Of a DNA stretch of 64,000 nt, positions 27,277-41,130 are shown one piece after another. The notes beneath the pieces were generated by a model. The model saw only the letters and a program-made list of their open reading frames with translations, was not told the DNA's origin and made no database searches. The translations under genes were made by a program, and so were the position numbers. Position 1 is the stretch's first letter. The number at the start of each line of letters is the position of its first letter. Source of the stretch: Lama glama (Eukaryota); the NCBI GenBank assembly GCA_028534125.1, contig CM052816.1, positions 41,046,001 through 41,110,000 of the forward strand, in the 5' to 3' direction.

Positions 27277-29204
27277 CTACAGGACACACTGAAAATGCTG
27301 TTGGAGTGATACAATTTTAAAAAACTTCTGGAATACCCAGTTCATCCCTATATATGTACATGTATGTGAACATCAATAAATCAACTTCAAAGTTCACACA
27401 AACAAATAGGAAGCAACTTTAACTTAATCCAAGTCATATTACTTAGTCATTTCACTCATTCATTCAATCTTTCAGCAACTACTTTTTGAGGCCCCATTAT
27501 ATGCAGCTCCTATTCTGCATTTCAGAGACACAGTAGTGAATACACCAAATCCCAGAGCTTGTGGACCTTACACGCAAATTGGAAAGTCAAACTTTAAGTC
27601 AATGAAAAAGCTAATGGCAAAGCTTGACATTTGTCTTAAAATATATACTTTTATCTCATTTTAAAGCTGGAACAAATTTATCATGGCAAAATATGTTCAA
27701 TACAGAGAAACAGAAACAAAAAAGAGTCACCTATCATCCTACCATTCAAAGATTTACACTTATGAATTCATTTTTTAAATTCATGTATGTATGTGTGTGC
27801 TAGTGTGGAAAATATGTATGGTCTTTTATGCATATTTTGTGCTCCTTTTTTAAAACTGAAAAACAGACTAACAAGCGTGTAAGATTTACAAATTGCCTGA
27901 ATTCAAATTCTGATTCTGTCACATTCTAATGATGTAAGCTCAAGAACCTTAGCTAACATCTGTCTCAGTGTTATCCACTGTAAGACAAGAATAACAATAG
28001 TATTCACCATATTCTGTTTATATGAGAATCAGAAAAATGAATACATTTAAAAAGTTTGGAACAGTGTTTCACGTGTAGTACGTGTTCAATATATTCTAGC
28101 TATTAAATATCAAAAAATACTCCTTTTACAATATTAAAACTTTGTGAATGTTTTAAGTGACTGTTCAATGTTACCTCATACTGATGTCATATTAGTGGAC
28201 AATTAGATTGTTTCTATGGTTTTTTTATGAAAAGCATTAGAATAAAAATTTTTCTGCATAAGTAATTTATTTTCTTTTCCATCATTCTTGAAGATACACT
28301 ATCAGAACAAAAACTGCAGTTCAAAGCAGATGAAGGCTCTCAAAATCTTTTTAGGAAAGCTAGACTGCCTTCCATTAAGGTTGTACAACCTTCTATTTCC
28401 CCAAAAATGCAAGAGCAGATACTTTGCACAATGCTGCATTTCAATCTTCAAGCACTTGCTAGATAAAAAATTATGTGGCTTTAGTTTGCATTTTTTATTA
28501 CCAGCAATAGTGAACGTTTGTCTATCACTAGTCACTTGGGTTTCCTTGTTAAATAGCTACTCTTCGTAAGGCCTTGGGCAAAAAGTGTTAAGTGAAGCAG
28601 ACCAAAGCCCCAGCATCCCCAGGGCTCTTACCTTTTCTTTGCTGATTTCTATGAACTCTCCACACTGTCTTTTAGCATTGAACACAATGTTTGACTCGGA
28701 GTTGTATTTAATAAATACTGGCTGAGCGATCAGAGAAAACCTTCCCTATCATCTTTGCTATTATACCTTTTTAAATGTGTCTTTTTCCTTTTGCATTTTT
28801 AAAAATTATTCTTTGATCACTAAATCCCCTCATTTAAAAAAAATCAGTTTTATAATACTTGATTCTTAATTCAAGGTAATTACAGAATACTTGAAATTTA
28901 GGGAGGAAAGCATAAAAGACTATTAAAATCATCAATAATGTTATCCAGGGATAACTGAAACTGCAAAATTTGTACATGAATACATATATGTGTTTATATA
29001 CATATATGTGTATATGTTTATACATATCAACAGTAAAAAAAAGTATAATTTAATGGTTTATGTAAATTAAAACACTGAAAGCAACACTATTAAAAGTAGC
29101 AACTGCTAAAAAGGCAGTTGTTCAGACGAATTTATACCTAAAATTCCAGGTTTGTTGTGTCACACAGACAGCTAATTTTTCTCAGTTTTCACGCAGGTAC
29201 TTAC

Positions 29205-31264
29205 AATCTTGCATCCTATATTAATATTTAACACCAATAACTGATGAGCATGTTAATGTGGGAAAAAATACTGAGTTGTCACAGATACTCCACAACACTT
29301 GTTCTATCACTCAGCATTTGTTTGTATGTGGAGAAATGATTAATTTTAACAGATTTTTCCATTTCTTTAATTCTGCTCCACTTTTGAGAAGCTGACTTTT
29401 TTTTTATTTATTTAAATTGAGAAACTGAAATTTTTAGTAACTAGAAAAAAATATTAAACTTTATCTTAATTATTTTGTACATATTTAGAGTAGCCCAATA
29501 AGACTGGAAAGAATTTTAAATGATCTGCCATATTAATACACTCATCAGTAAAGTAAAATAGGAATATTCTGTGAAATAACAAGATGATTTTGCCCAAGAC
29601 AAGGTTTTCTTTTTCTTTCCTTCCTGTCCCTCTTCTTCCCTCCCTCCCAATTTTTTGTGATGGTTTATTTTAAATATGTTTTTATGCTGCCCTAACATAC
29701 ATATTTGAGTAAACACCTCCACTGGAAAAAAAAAATATATATATATTCCTTTTAATCAAAATTCAAGTAGACTTAACCTCAAGAAAAATGAGGTTTCCTG
29801 CACACTTAGACTGCTTCTTATTTGGCTCACCCATTTTCAAAGGAAGAGAATAGTAAGAGGATAAGAAAAATCAGGGAATTAAATGGGATATAATCTGTGC
29901 AACTAGCCTTTAATCAGGCAGAATTTTATAAGCACTGGAATTAGGTAGGTGTCTGTAAACAGTCATGCATATACATTTACTATGAATATATTAACATGAC
30001 AGAACATTTAAAATTATCTGGGAATCATACACTATTAACAGCACATAAATTATAAGAAAACCTTACTATCATCATTCTCATCATTGTTACTGTTCTATTG
30101 AGCACCTGATCTTTTTACTACAACATGAAATGATTAAGCTGTGAATATTTTCACAAATCCCTCATCTTTTTTGGGGGGTGGGGGGAGATGAGAGTTCTAC
30201 CTGTTATCACAAACTGACAAATATTAAAGAAATAAACTGATGTTTGTGATATAATCAACTTAGTTTCACATGCTGAATATATCATGACTATTTAGAAGTT
30301 GTGTTGACTTTTTTATAAGCATTTTGAGAAAATGTATGAAGGTTCTATATGCTTGGGAAAATTTCAAGAAGTGCAGAAAATTTAATTTTATCTTTTACTG
30401 TCTTTTTATGTCGTCCAATAAAAGTTCATTAAAACCTATGAAAATTGCAGAAAGTAGTAGATTTGACATTGGTATTGCAAGCCATACATACTCTTTTCCT
30501 CAAAACTTCTCAAAATACAGCTGAAATTTGCTAAATGAATTCTGACATAGCCTCCCTTTATACATGTATGAATTGACAGAAAGTATTAGAAAGATTCGGC
30601 CAGAGAATAAATTATAAGTGGAAGGAAAAAAAAAAGACGCACTTGAGAAAAGTAGTGAGCCTGTGCTGGAGGAGCTCATCAGGAGGATGTGACTGCTGGC
30701 TGACCCATGAGCTAGACCCAGGCAGTTAGAGGCTCCTCACCCCACCCCATCCTTGAAATGTGCATTCTGCTTGCCCTCCCCACGCTAGAAGCTGCCCCAA
30801 GGACACAGCCTTGAGAGAGTCATGTGTTGTTGAGACCATCTGGATGAGATATGTGACTGAACCCAGGTAAGGCCTCTATAGATACTTTTGAGATTCTGAG
30901 GGGCAGCAAGAAGATGTACTCATCTTGCAGTCACTTAAGACAAGCCTCGTGTCTAAGTTCCTTGGCCTATTAAACCTGCCACTTACCAATCTGAAGCACC
31001 CTGGCTCTTTCTGCAGTCTTTCCTTGCCCTCCAGTGTATGGGGGCTGGTTTCTAATTTCATCCAGGAAGTTCCTGGAATCACACACCAACAGCTAGATGC
31101 CACACCTGAACGAGAACTGTAACAAAATGTTTTATTTTTGATTGGAAAAGAAAATATGTTGTGTAATATAACCTTACCATAGTTCCCATAAAGGATAAAT
31201 TACTCCCTGAATACGTATGAATCTTAATTCATAGACAGATATCTCTAAATAGAGAATTCAAAAC
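29205..31264 (-). pseudogene. Exon remnants 31178-31264, 30492-30555, 30399-30435, 29205-29440
   Basis: Donors GTAAGG, GTATGT, GTAAAA, GTAAGT; frames ambiguous, with stops. Confidence 0.5.
30650..31110 (+). mobile_element. Solo ERV LTR-like element
   Basis: GC-richer block of about 450 bp with TATA-like ctatagata and ATTAAA; termini not resolved. Confidence 0.6.
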
Positions 31265-31387
31265 CTAATAATGTGGTACGGATGAGAAGAGGAGTTTTTT
31301 TTTTTTAAATCCATTTCTAATATCCTTATTAATTACATTTTAAAAGTTAAAAGATTTTTAGTTCAAAATGCCACACTTTGAACATAC

Positions 31388-32464
31388 ACTTAACTCCCCT
31401 ACATTCCCAAATTTCATTTAGCAGTGATGCCAGATTGAGGGCCAGCTTTACACCACTGTATCTAGAAGTCAAAACTAACAACAAAACAACTGTTTGATTT
31501 AAAAATGGGCAGAAGATCTGGATTGAAATTTTCCCAAAGAAGACATACAGATGGGCAAAGGCCACATGAAAAAATGCTCAACATCATTAAGCATCAGAGA
31601 AAAGCAGATCACAACTGCAATGAGTTATCACCTCACACCTGTCAGAATGGCTGTCATCAGAAAGAACACAAACAACAAATGTTGGTGAGGATATGGAGAA
31701 AAGGGAACCCTTGTACAATGTTGGTGGGAACATAAATTGGTGAAGCCACTGTGGAAAACATGGAGGTTTCTCAAAAAACTAAAAATAAAACTACCATATG
31801 ACCCAGCAATTCTATTATGCATATATATCTGAAAGAAGCAAAGACACTAATTTGAAAAGACATATGCACCCCAATATTCCTAGAAGCATTATTTGCAACA
31901 GGCAAGATACAAAAGTAACCTGAGTGCCCATCAACACATGAATGGGTAAAGATGTGGTATATGTGTGTGTGTGATGGAATATTACTCAGCCATAAAAAAT
32001 AATGAAATAATGTCATTTGCAACAATATGTATGGTCTTGGAGGGTACTATGCTAAGTCAATAATTTGGACAAACAATGTATGGTATTGCTTATATGTGGA
32101 ATCTAAAAAATACAACAAACTAGTGAATATAACAAAAAAGAAACAGATTCACAGGTATAGGGAACAAATTAGTGGTTACTACTAAGGAGAGGGTATGGGG
32201 GAGGGCCAACATGGGGGAAAGGAATTAGAGGTACAAACTATTGTGTATAAAATAAGCTACAAATATATAGTGTATAATACAGAGAGTATAGCCAATATTT
32301 TATAATAACTAAATGGAGTATAATCTTCAAAATTGTGACTCACTATATTGTAACTTATGTAATATTGTACATCAACTTTACCTTAATTAATAATTAAAAA
32401 AAAATAAATTAAATAAAAAACTACCTTGATATGCCCTTTTCATTGACCGAGCCCACACTCAGCT
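31388..32464 (-). pseudogene. Exon split by an L1 insertion (32417-32464 plus 31388-31470)
   Basis: Removing the L1 and one AAAACTA copy gives AECGLGQ*KGHIKVVLTSRYSGVKLALNLASLLNEIWECRGVK, with ataaaag| acceptor and |GTATGT donor. Confidence 0.6.
31478..32416 (+). mobile_element. 5'-truncated L1 with candidate 7-bp TSD AAAACTA
   Basis: aaaaatgggcagaagatctg...gacccagcaattc..., A-rich tail. Confidence 0.93.
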
Positions 32465-33599
32465 CTTTTATTCAAAAGAGGCTAATTGTGGAAACTAACT
32501 GATGAATTACAAAGGACACACCAATAGCCCACAATCATCCCTCTAGCCTTTACATAAAAATATAAATGAGTAATCAAAAATTATCAAGTATTTGGAGTAC
32601 AGATCTAACAACATAATAAAAGGGGGCTGAGATGAACTTAAAAGAAACAGAAATAATACAAAATGCAAATCTGTATTGTCAGTAAGGCAATCTCCAAAAA
32701 GGAATAATTATATAACTAACTTAGAGATACTGGATATTTTAAATCTGATTGCTTAAGGGAAAAAAAATGCAATAAAATGGGCATGTGTAAAGAATGCTTT
32801 AATAATCTGGAAGTTAAAGGAAAAATGAACTATTGGACAAACGCATAATTACATGTTTTATTTGATTTTTTTCTCACAATAATTTATGAAATGAATAATT
32901 TATTAATACTCTATCGTAAATAAGAAACTTAGGCAAAGATAGTTATTTTGTTAAACTTACCCAAAGTCACCCATTTAACTAAGTGGTAAAATGAGGATTT
33001 GAAATTTAACAATGTTGCTACTCCAAAGATTACCTTTTTAACTACTTCACTATTTTGCCTCTTCTAAAAGAAACAGAAAACAGTCAGAGAAATCTAAAAT
33101 CTATTTATTAGAACCTCTAGAAAGGACAAAAGGAATGGAATACTCAAATTTAACAAAACAAAATTTGTCACTGCTCAAGAAAATTCCCAAATTTTTCATG
33201 TAATGAGCCCTCCAAGAATCAATCAGGACTATTTATTTTTCTTAAAAATACACATATTTCTGATGAAATTTAAAAACTCCAAGAAAACGAGAGAATTCTA
33301 AATCTTAAAAAGAGGTGAAAAAAGTTAACTGTATTTACAGGTAAAAATAGTTGAGAACACCAGAGACTGCTATCACTTGAATAAATTTAGCAAGGTTTAC
33401 TAATCTAGAGATGACTGCGATGGGGCCTGAGGCAGGGTGGGTGAGAAGCTGAGCATAACTTCTACGAGTCTTAACAGGGTGGTGGGCCAGCACCGCAGTG
33501 TGGAGCCCGCTAGGGAGAAGGGGACCTTGGCAGGTGTTTGTCTATCGTTTGCTTTCTTTTTTGAGATAGTAAGGATCCTGAAGGGCTAAACTTGAAGGA

Positions 33600-34300
33600 G
33601 AGTGGTGAATCAGAAACAGTTCAACTGTTACAAGGACTAATTGAACCAACCAATAAAGGTGATCTCTTTACTCTTACTGTAACTACCTGACAAAAGCAAA
33701 AATAAATAATCACCAATGAATAACACCATCCTGAGCCGCAAAATTAACTTTATAGTTTTTCATCTATAATGTCCATTATTCAAATAAAGAAATGGTCAGT
33801 TATGAAAAAAGGAGAAGAATTACTCAAAAAGCAAGAGAAAAATAATAAAAACAGATTCACAGGAGAGTTGGATATTAAGTTGATCAGACATTGGCTTTAA
33901 ACTAAATATAATTAATTTATTCAAGAATAAAAATAAAATGTAGAATTAACACAGACAACTAAAAACTGTATTTAATAGAAATCAAGTGGAAATGAAGAAC
34001 TTAAGAACTCAGGAGATGTGTTTAAGAGAAGAGACATGGCTGAAGAGTGGAACTACTGATCTTGAAAATAGTTCAAATTAAATTTCTGGACTAAAATATC
34101 AAAAGACAGAGGGCAAGGATAGAAAGATACATAAAATAATACAAGAAATATATGTGATGGAATAAAAAATATTCAACATATGTGTAATTGACATCCCAAA
34201 ATGAGAGAAAAGAAAAATAGGTCAATGTAATATTTAAAGGGATAATGGCAAGGAATTTTCCAAAACCGACCAAAGAAATCAAGCCTTGGATCCAATTAAT
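33600..34300 (+). mobile_element. Ancient L1 ORF1-region fragment
   Basis: A-rich, aacatatgtgtaattg...ataatggcaaggaattttccaaaa. Confidence 0.6.
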
Positions 34301-35815
34301 ACAGTCTACTGCTCCTCACTCACCAGCAAGGCAACATCTGAGTATGTGTCATGTGAGACCACTGAGAGAGCAACGGTCTCCCCTCCAGCTCTAACAGAGC
34401 AGTTCCACAACGTGTTGCCTTAGCACAGATCTGTGCTGCTTGCTGACCTCTCACCTGAACCAGTACATCTTAGGAATTTCAGGGACAGATGAGAAATGCA
34501 TTCTATGATGCTGGGAAATAGTAACCCCTAAACTAAGCAAAAATAAATAAATAATTGATTTTCTTAAAAAAAAAAAAAAAACCTTCCTCAAAAACAAAAA
34601 CTTAAATATTTTGTTTTTCACACTCAACCTCTGCAGACCATCATGGCCTGATCCAAGTACTCCTAGAGCTTAGTGCTATGTAGTAGAAACAGGGGTCTGT
34701 TTCCCTGACGCCTCCAAGATTCATGTTAACCAGGCTGTAGACCCTGTCCTACAGGTGCCTACAATTCAGTGAGAAGTAGACTGAATCAGACATCTTATTT
34801 TCCCAGAGATCTCCTTGTATACGGATTTACTTATCTCCTGGCTATGTTAATGAAAGCTAAATGCTCACAAAAAAAAAAAATTGTTTTCAGAAGAGTTCAA
34901 CTTTAATCATGTACTCTATTTTCTATTAATGCTTTTTAGTTTAAATTCTACTATTTAAAAATTTCTACTTTTTTTTTAATATACTCCTTATGTCATTTTG
35001 TCTATTCTTTTATTTTCGTTTTTCTGTTCTTTAATTTTTGCTGTATCACTTGCAAGCAGCCCAAAGCCAGATGGCTTTTTTTTTGGTAACTATAAATCTT
35101 GTAATTTCAGTGAGAATTTAATACATTTGCATTTATAATTTGGACTATTAGGAAAATCTGATTTTGTTTATTGTTGCTATGATTATTTTTGTTTGGCTGC
35201 TTACATTTCTGTTGTAGTTTTTCAAGGCCACCAAGCATTTTCATTTTATCTTACATCTTTTTGGCAGAGAAAGCTATCCTGACCTTAATTTGAACAAGTA
35301 TGTTGTGGGTAGAATCTCCCTGATTCTAACTTCATTGGACCCTGTTTGAAAATTTTCCTCAGAGCTGCAGTCACAAGGCTTCATTTTATAGGTTTCGATA
35401 GGATTTTTTTCCCTGTTGAGCCTAGGGGTTTAAGTAGTCATGATTGTGGATGCGGTCTGAAATTTGTTTCTCTTATTTTGTTATGGGAACTGGCTGGAGT
35501 GCACTCCTTCTGTGGATGCCCTCAGGTTCTACTTTGTTTCCCAATTAAGGGTGAGCTGCTGAAGCTTCATTTCAAATAGAAATGACCAATCCAAAGAATT
35601 TAGGAGTTTTTCCTCTCTTCCCTACCAGCTAGAGGAGGGAAAATAAATAGGCAAAACTTATGGGTTTTGACCAATATTGTTATAAATAAACAGAAAATGA
35701 GGAGAGTATCCTTTGAGATTATCTATTACCACTCTAGTTTTTATATCTGTCCCTGTTCATTTTTAATTTTATATTTTGTTCTGAATGATCATTATCTAAA
35801 TCAGCTCATAGGTAC

Positions 35816-37385
35816 CTATTACTCAGGTAAAAACGAAATGGTGACTTCTCTATTCCCCAATATTTGGTAAGTAATGATTTACCTACAGTGGTGAGAAAGA
35901 GCTTTTAATATAGAGTCATAGTCTACATCTTTCCTGCCCTTTCAGTTAACTCCAAGCTCTCATTAAGTTCTCCTTCAGTCTCTGTAGTTTTCAGTCTCTG
36001 CCTCTTTTGATGGTCTTAACTGACTTGGTGTTTACTCTCTTCTGAGGCAGCTTGTTCTCCTTCAGTTCATATTCTCTCTCTAATATGTGCCTCTTTATCC
36101 TTTCCCATGGTTAAGTGCTTTACCCTAGAAATACAGGTTTTTCATCTACCCTTGGTTTTCTTCCCTAATTTGAGGGGCTGGAGGTAAACTGCAGAGAACT
36201 ATAAAAATGTCATCAGAATCCTCTGTGGTTAAGTCCAGGCACATTTTTAAGAGAAATGAGAAGCTGAGCTACATGAAGCATCATCAAGAGGATGATGGTG
36301 ATGGTAAACAGTAGAGGAACTGGTGGTACTATCGGGAGGATGGCTGAGATAGTAAGAGTGAGGCAGCAGCAACAGTGGTGGTGCTTTTGGTGAGAGCTGT
36401 GATGATAGCTATGTTGATGTTATGAGCAACAGTGAGTGGCTGTAACTGCAATGATGAGGGCAACTAGTGGCAGCTGGGAAGGTAATGGTGATGGCAGAGG
36501 TGGTGGTTGTGAGGTGATAATGATGGCTTTCATCTCTTGAAAAACCGTTCCCTACACCCATTCTGCCTGAACCCCTTTCCCTAGTTCAGCCATCACCAGT
36601 TATTAGGAGAAAAAAGACTCACCAACCTCTCTCTCTAAAAGATAAACACTTACTACTAACCTCATTGTTACAGCTAAAGAAGGAAAGATGCATGCCTAGA
36701 TTGTTATATGGAATCTGGATGATATTAATCTGTAAAAAGCACTGAAATATGGAAAATACATAAATAATAAATCCACCTTCTGAGCTACAGTACAAGGATT
36801 CTAATAATACTTCTCATCTGATTGTGGGGGTTAAATGAGAAAAAAACCATGTGTCAAACACACAGTAGCACTGCCAGGTAACATTTGAGGACATTTTTTC
36901 CTCCTTTTTTCCCCTTTAACTTTGTGGCCCACCCTGTTACTTTAACTGTTACTTCCGTTTGGAAAGCTTACTTCTACAGAAAAATCAGTCCAGATTTTAA
37001 GGAACAGGTTTACAAATTAACTTTCAAAACACAACATGATTATAGAGAGGACACTGACAGGATCTGGCTTAACCAACTGGTTAGGATGTCAGGGGAGTGA
37101 TTCCAGGACATCGGCCCTCACAACCCTCATCTTACGGTTTATTTTATAATCGCTCAAGCAGCAGCAGCGGAAAGGTTTATTTTGTTTTGACCACAGTAGG
37201 GAGCGCAATGCTTACTTCAACACTCAACACAGATGCAGGTAAGCAGGCTCGGTTTCAAAGCCATAGCATCACAAAAACAGAGAACATTTTCCTCTAATGA
37301 GTAGTTAGGACCACACGTTTTGCAGAGAATACTGAAGGAGAGACATCTTCAAAACAATCCAAATAAAAAATGTGCTAAAGGGAAA
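35816..37385 (-). pseudogene. Exon remnants 37317-37385, 36661-36729, about 35927-36124, 35816-35882 (KSLLTKYWGIEKSPFRFYLSN)
   Basis: tttttacag|...GAG|GTTAGT and tttctag| signals; stops in the 36.0 kb exon. Confidence 0.55.
36288..36526 (+). repeat. Degenerate (GAT/GGT/GCA)n trinucleotide low-complexity tract
   Basis: Direct reading. Confidence 0.75.
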
Positions 37386-38891
37386 CTTGCAATAGTTGTA
37401 AATACAAAAACTAAGGTATTTCTTCAAATAAAAAAAGACAAGTTTGGTCTCCACTTCCAAACAGTTCTCCAACCGGAAGCTAGAGCATCTTTTCAAAAGA
37501 AACAATCCGATCATTTAATCTTTCTGCTTCTGAATTCTCTTGATGGACATCCAGTATTCTTGGAATAAAGACAGTATTCCTGACCATGGCCAAAAAGGTC
37601 CAGAATGGTTCTGCCCTAATCTGTCACCACCCATTCCAGCCTCGCCTCACTGTATTCTCCTCGCTGACTCCACTTCCACCACCTCAGCCGTTCTCATTTC
37701 TTCTCAGATCATTTTTTCCCATGACCTGGAATATTCTCCCCTCATCTGATGATCCTCTTTCACACGAGTGGACCAGATCATTTCCTCAGGGAGGCCTCAA
37801 CCTGATGTCTTTACCGAAGCCAAATCATCTTTTCCTAAGCTCTCATGACCCACCCACCTTCATTCATGATGGTGATTTCACCTTTGTTTCAAGATGATTT
37901 GAAGGATGACTTATGTTCCAAATTGAGTTTCAAGTTTCATGAGGGCAGGGACTGTGGCTACTTTTTTCCCTTCACTTAGGCTTCCAATACCTTCCAAAGT
38001 GCTCGTGCCTGCTAGACACATAGTATTTGTCATCCGCTGAAACTGACACTTCCCAATCAGATCACGTGCAGTGAGACCACAAGTCACATTAGAACTCATT
38101 AAAAACCCAAGTAGAGAGGAAACCAAATCTCCTAGTCAGAAGGGCTGAAGTTTCTCACCATGTCCTTATTGAAAGAATAAAGTATATATCATAAATCCAT
38201 GACAGAACATTTAAAGTTGATAACTGAATATATTTATAATTAGATTGATAAATTTAACTATGTCTATATATTTATATTTAAGTTCTCTTTCTGGGATAGA
38301 GGTTCCATCAGTTTAAAAAGCAATTTGGCTGCTATGTCCAATCTATCCAAGTATTTCCATAAACATAGCTGGAATTGGTAGATCTTGTATCTTTAACTAA
38401 AAATTATCGTTGAGTTTGTTTCCCAACAAGAGAAAAATGAGGTAAATAATACTCCTCAAAGAATGTGGCGAATTCTTTATAGATAGGCTACATCTGTGTC
38501 TGATTGACAGACTAGCTAGTTTTCGTGCAATACCACAGCAGAATTAGTGTTGCACATCTCACTCTTGTTTGTTTTCTTTTTTTTCCAAGAGAAACTATGG
38601 TTCCCATTCTCATGACCGGCTTACCCTACCCATCTTACTCAACACTATTCTAAAAATCAGACGTGGACCACACAGACTGACTTCACGGACTACTGCTGGA
38701 AAGAATCGAGATCCTTGTAAACCTCAAGTCCTGGCAGAGGATACATGAGCGAGAAGCACCGGGTAATTCCCCTTCTAACATATGCATCACCCACTCATGC
38801 TAGAAGCTGGAGGTTAAGTACACTAAGCCCTTAAAAGTGGTGGAAGTCCTCGGTCTGATGAATTTGTGTTTCTAATTGCCGCCATTCATAC

Positions 38892-40364
38892 GAATCCATC
38901 CAGGTGTTCATATTTTATTCCTCTCTACTATCCTTCGGCCACTGAAAACCTATCTTCTGCTCTGTTTCTGAGAGATCAGCCCTAATGTCATGCATTGGAA
39001 CTGGATTACCCTACAAGGAAAGTTGAGACCACAGAGTAGCACTGCCGTGTAATAACATGGCAGGATCAGTTCCAGCACCTGGTCCACTAGGAAGGGTTTG
39101 CCTGGAGCAGTAAACAGTAATGGTAATCTAACTGCTAGCCCTAGAATGATCCTGAACATATTATCTCAGAGTTAAAATGATGAAGCTCTAAACTTACAAG
39201 AGAAGATTGTGGAAGATGGTCCTTATCAACTCTGTCCCCAGTCAAAAGCCAATGTACTGCTCCCTGTGACAATCACCTATGTCTAGGCTCCAGTGCTTCA
39301 GGGGATCTGCCCATTCTCTGCCTCCAGTGTCCCATCGATAGTTCTGTTATTGTTTCTCCAGATTCCATTACCTTAGCACGGGATATACATCAGTGTCTGT
39401 GACATTCAGAAAGATACTTTAACTGCACTATTCCCTGGCTTTCAGTATGAGTTCAGTTTCCAGTGCTGCTTGCCGAACAGGCTCCCTGTCCTATGTATCA
39501 CCTCTAAGTCTCACAGTCCCCATGCCAGTAGCCCTTGGATGTCTGCCTTGTTGAGTCCAGGGTCTGGAGCCTCATTTTTTCAAAAAAGGAATTTGAAAAA
39601 ATATATATGTAAAGGACAGGTTTATAATTCTCTTAGCACAGTAGATATTAACGGAGAGAGAGAAAGCAGTGGGCTTCCTAAGAGTTTACTTATCTTGACC
39701 CAGAGATGCCAAATTTAAGAATCACACTGTGTAGCTGCTTTTTTTTTTGAAGTTTCCTGTGTCAGCATTCCAGCCCAGAGGAATCAGATCATGTCTAGAC
39801 AGTCAAATCTGAGATTATAGTCCTTGACAGCAGGTTATAGATAGCTTCCTTTCTCTTTCCAACTTATTCCCAGTGCCCATGAGGACAGCATCTAAAAAGA
39901 CGTTTACCTTAGTATTTACCAAGACAAGAAAACATCTAAAAGCTATAATAAATTGCACTAGTAAAAGTGAAAAGTAGAGTGGTTAGGGCACAGTCTTTTT
40001 TTTTTTTTCAATTTGGACTCAAAATAAATGTTTGCTCTCAGAAAGTAATTTCTGACTATTCTAACTCTTGTACAAGTATCTTAACAAAAGCTCTGAAGAA
40101 AGCCTTAAGAGTTAGGGATCAATATTGAAATTACACAGCCTGACCCATGAACAATTCTTGCCTCTTACAGTCAAAAGCTGATGGTAAAACCACAGAGTCT
40201 ATACTTAACTGATTTTTATACAAAAACATACAGTGTCCATGATACAGCTGAACCATGGTTGAACTGGGAGACATTAAGCCAAGTTTTTCTTCTTCAAGAT
40301 GTTTGATTTCTAAATCCCACTTAAAATACATTGGAGGCAAAGCCAGCAAAGACATGGATGGTAT
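38892..40364 (-). pseudogene. Exon remnants 40232-40364 (IPSMSLLALPPMYFKWDLEIKHLEEEKLGLMSPSSTMVQLYHGH), 39908-39935, 39372-39490, 38892-39010
   Basis: Canonical AG/GT; first exon fully open (133 nt); 39372-39490 and 38892-39010 have 1-2 stops; frame of the 28-nt exon ambiguous. Confidence 0.65.
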
Positions 40365-41130
40365 CTAGCAAAACTGTAAACTTTAGATCTTGGAGTAGGT
40401 TTCTTTATCCACTATTTTTATAAACCTCATGATAGCTAATTATAGATATTTGGGTAAAAATGTTCCTTTAGCATGACAACCCAATGCTTTAATATAGAAA
40501 TCTAATTCTTTGTAAGGAAAAAAAATAAAGTATCTTTGTGTGTCCCCAGAAGCAAGTAAGCCAAGACGTCCTGATGGCTCTATAAACTAGGCACCAGCAG
40601 CTCAGACAGCAAATCCCAACATGGCTTGGAAGAGCCTTCAGCAAAGTTACATGTGAGCTTCTGTGTCCTAGGCAACCTCTCCTCCTCCCCCAAACCCTGG
40701 CCTCCTTCTCCATCAGCCGTAGCCACCTTCGGGTATTCAGGACGTCATTAATTTTCCAGGGGTGGGACGATTTAAAAACTAGAGGAACTGGAGGAATATT
40801 TAAGAACACAGACTAATTCATGGAATCAGAGAAGAGCTGAAACATCAGGCCACAGGAAGCAGGAACCAGAACAAATATAGCAGCAGAAATTCAGACCATC
40901 CCTTTAGATTGCTGCCTTTGGAGGGTGGAGCTGATGCTATTATAAGCTATCCTCTCATCCTTGGAGGGTGGGAGCACTGGGGCTGATAGACTGAAAAACC
41001 ACCCTGGAGTAGGAAAGAAAGAGGTTCTCCTCATGGAAGAGATGCTGGTGTGGCAAGTACCCAGTGTCTAGTACACGGCTCTACAATGCAAGTAGTATTT
41101 TAAAAAGATTAAAAACTGGCCAATATCTAC

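Noticed and set aside
35883..35926. Implied 44-nt intron (and a 56-nt one at 30436-30491)
   Set aside because: Too short for normal mammalian splicing; my exon boundaries there are probably wrong or DNA was deleted, so these junctions are not used as evidence.
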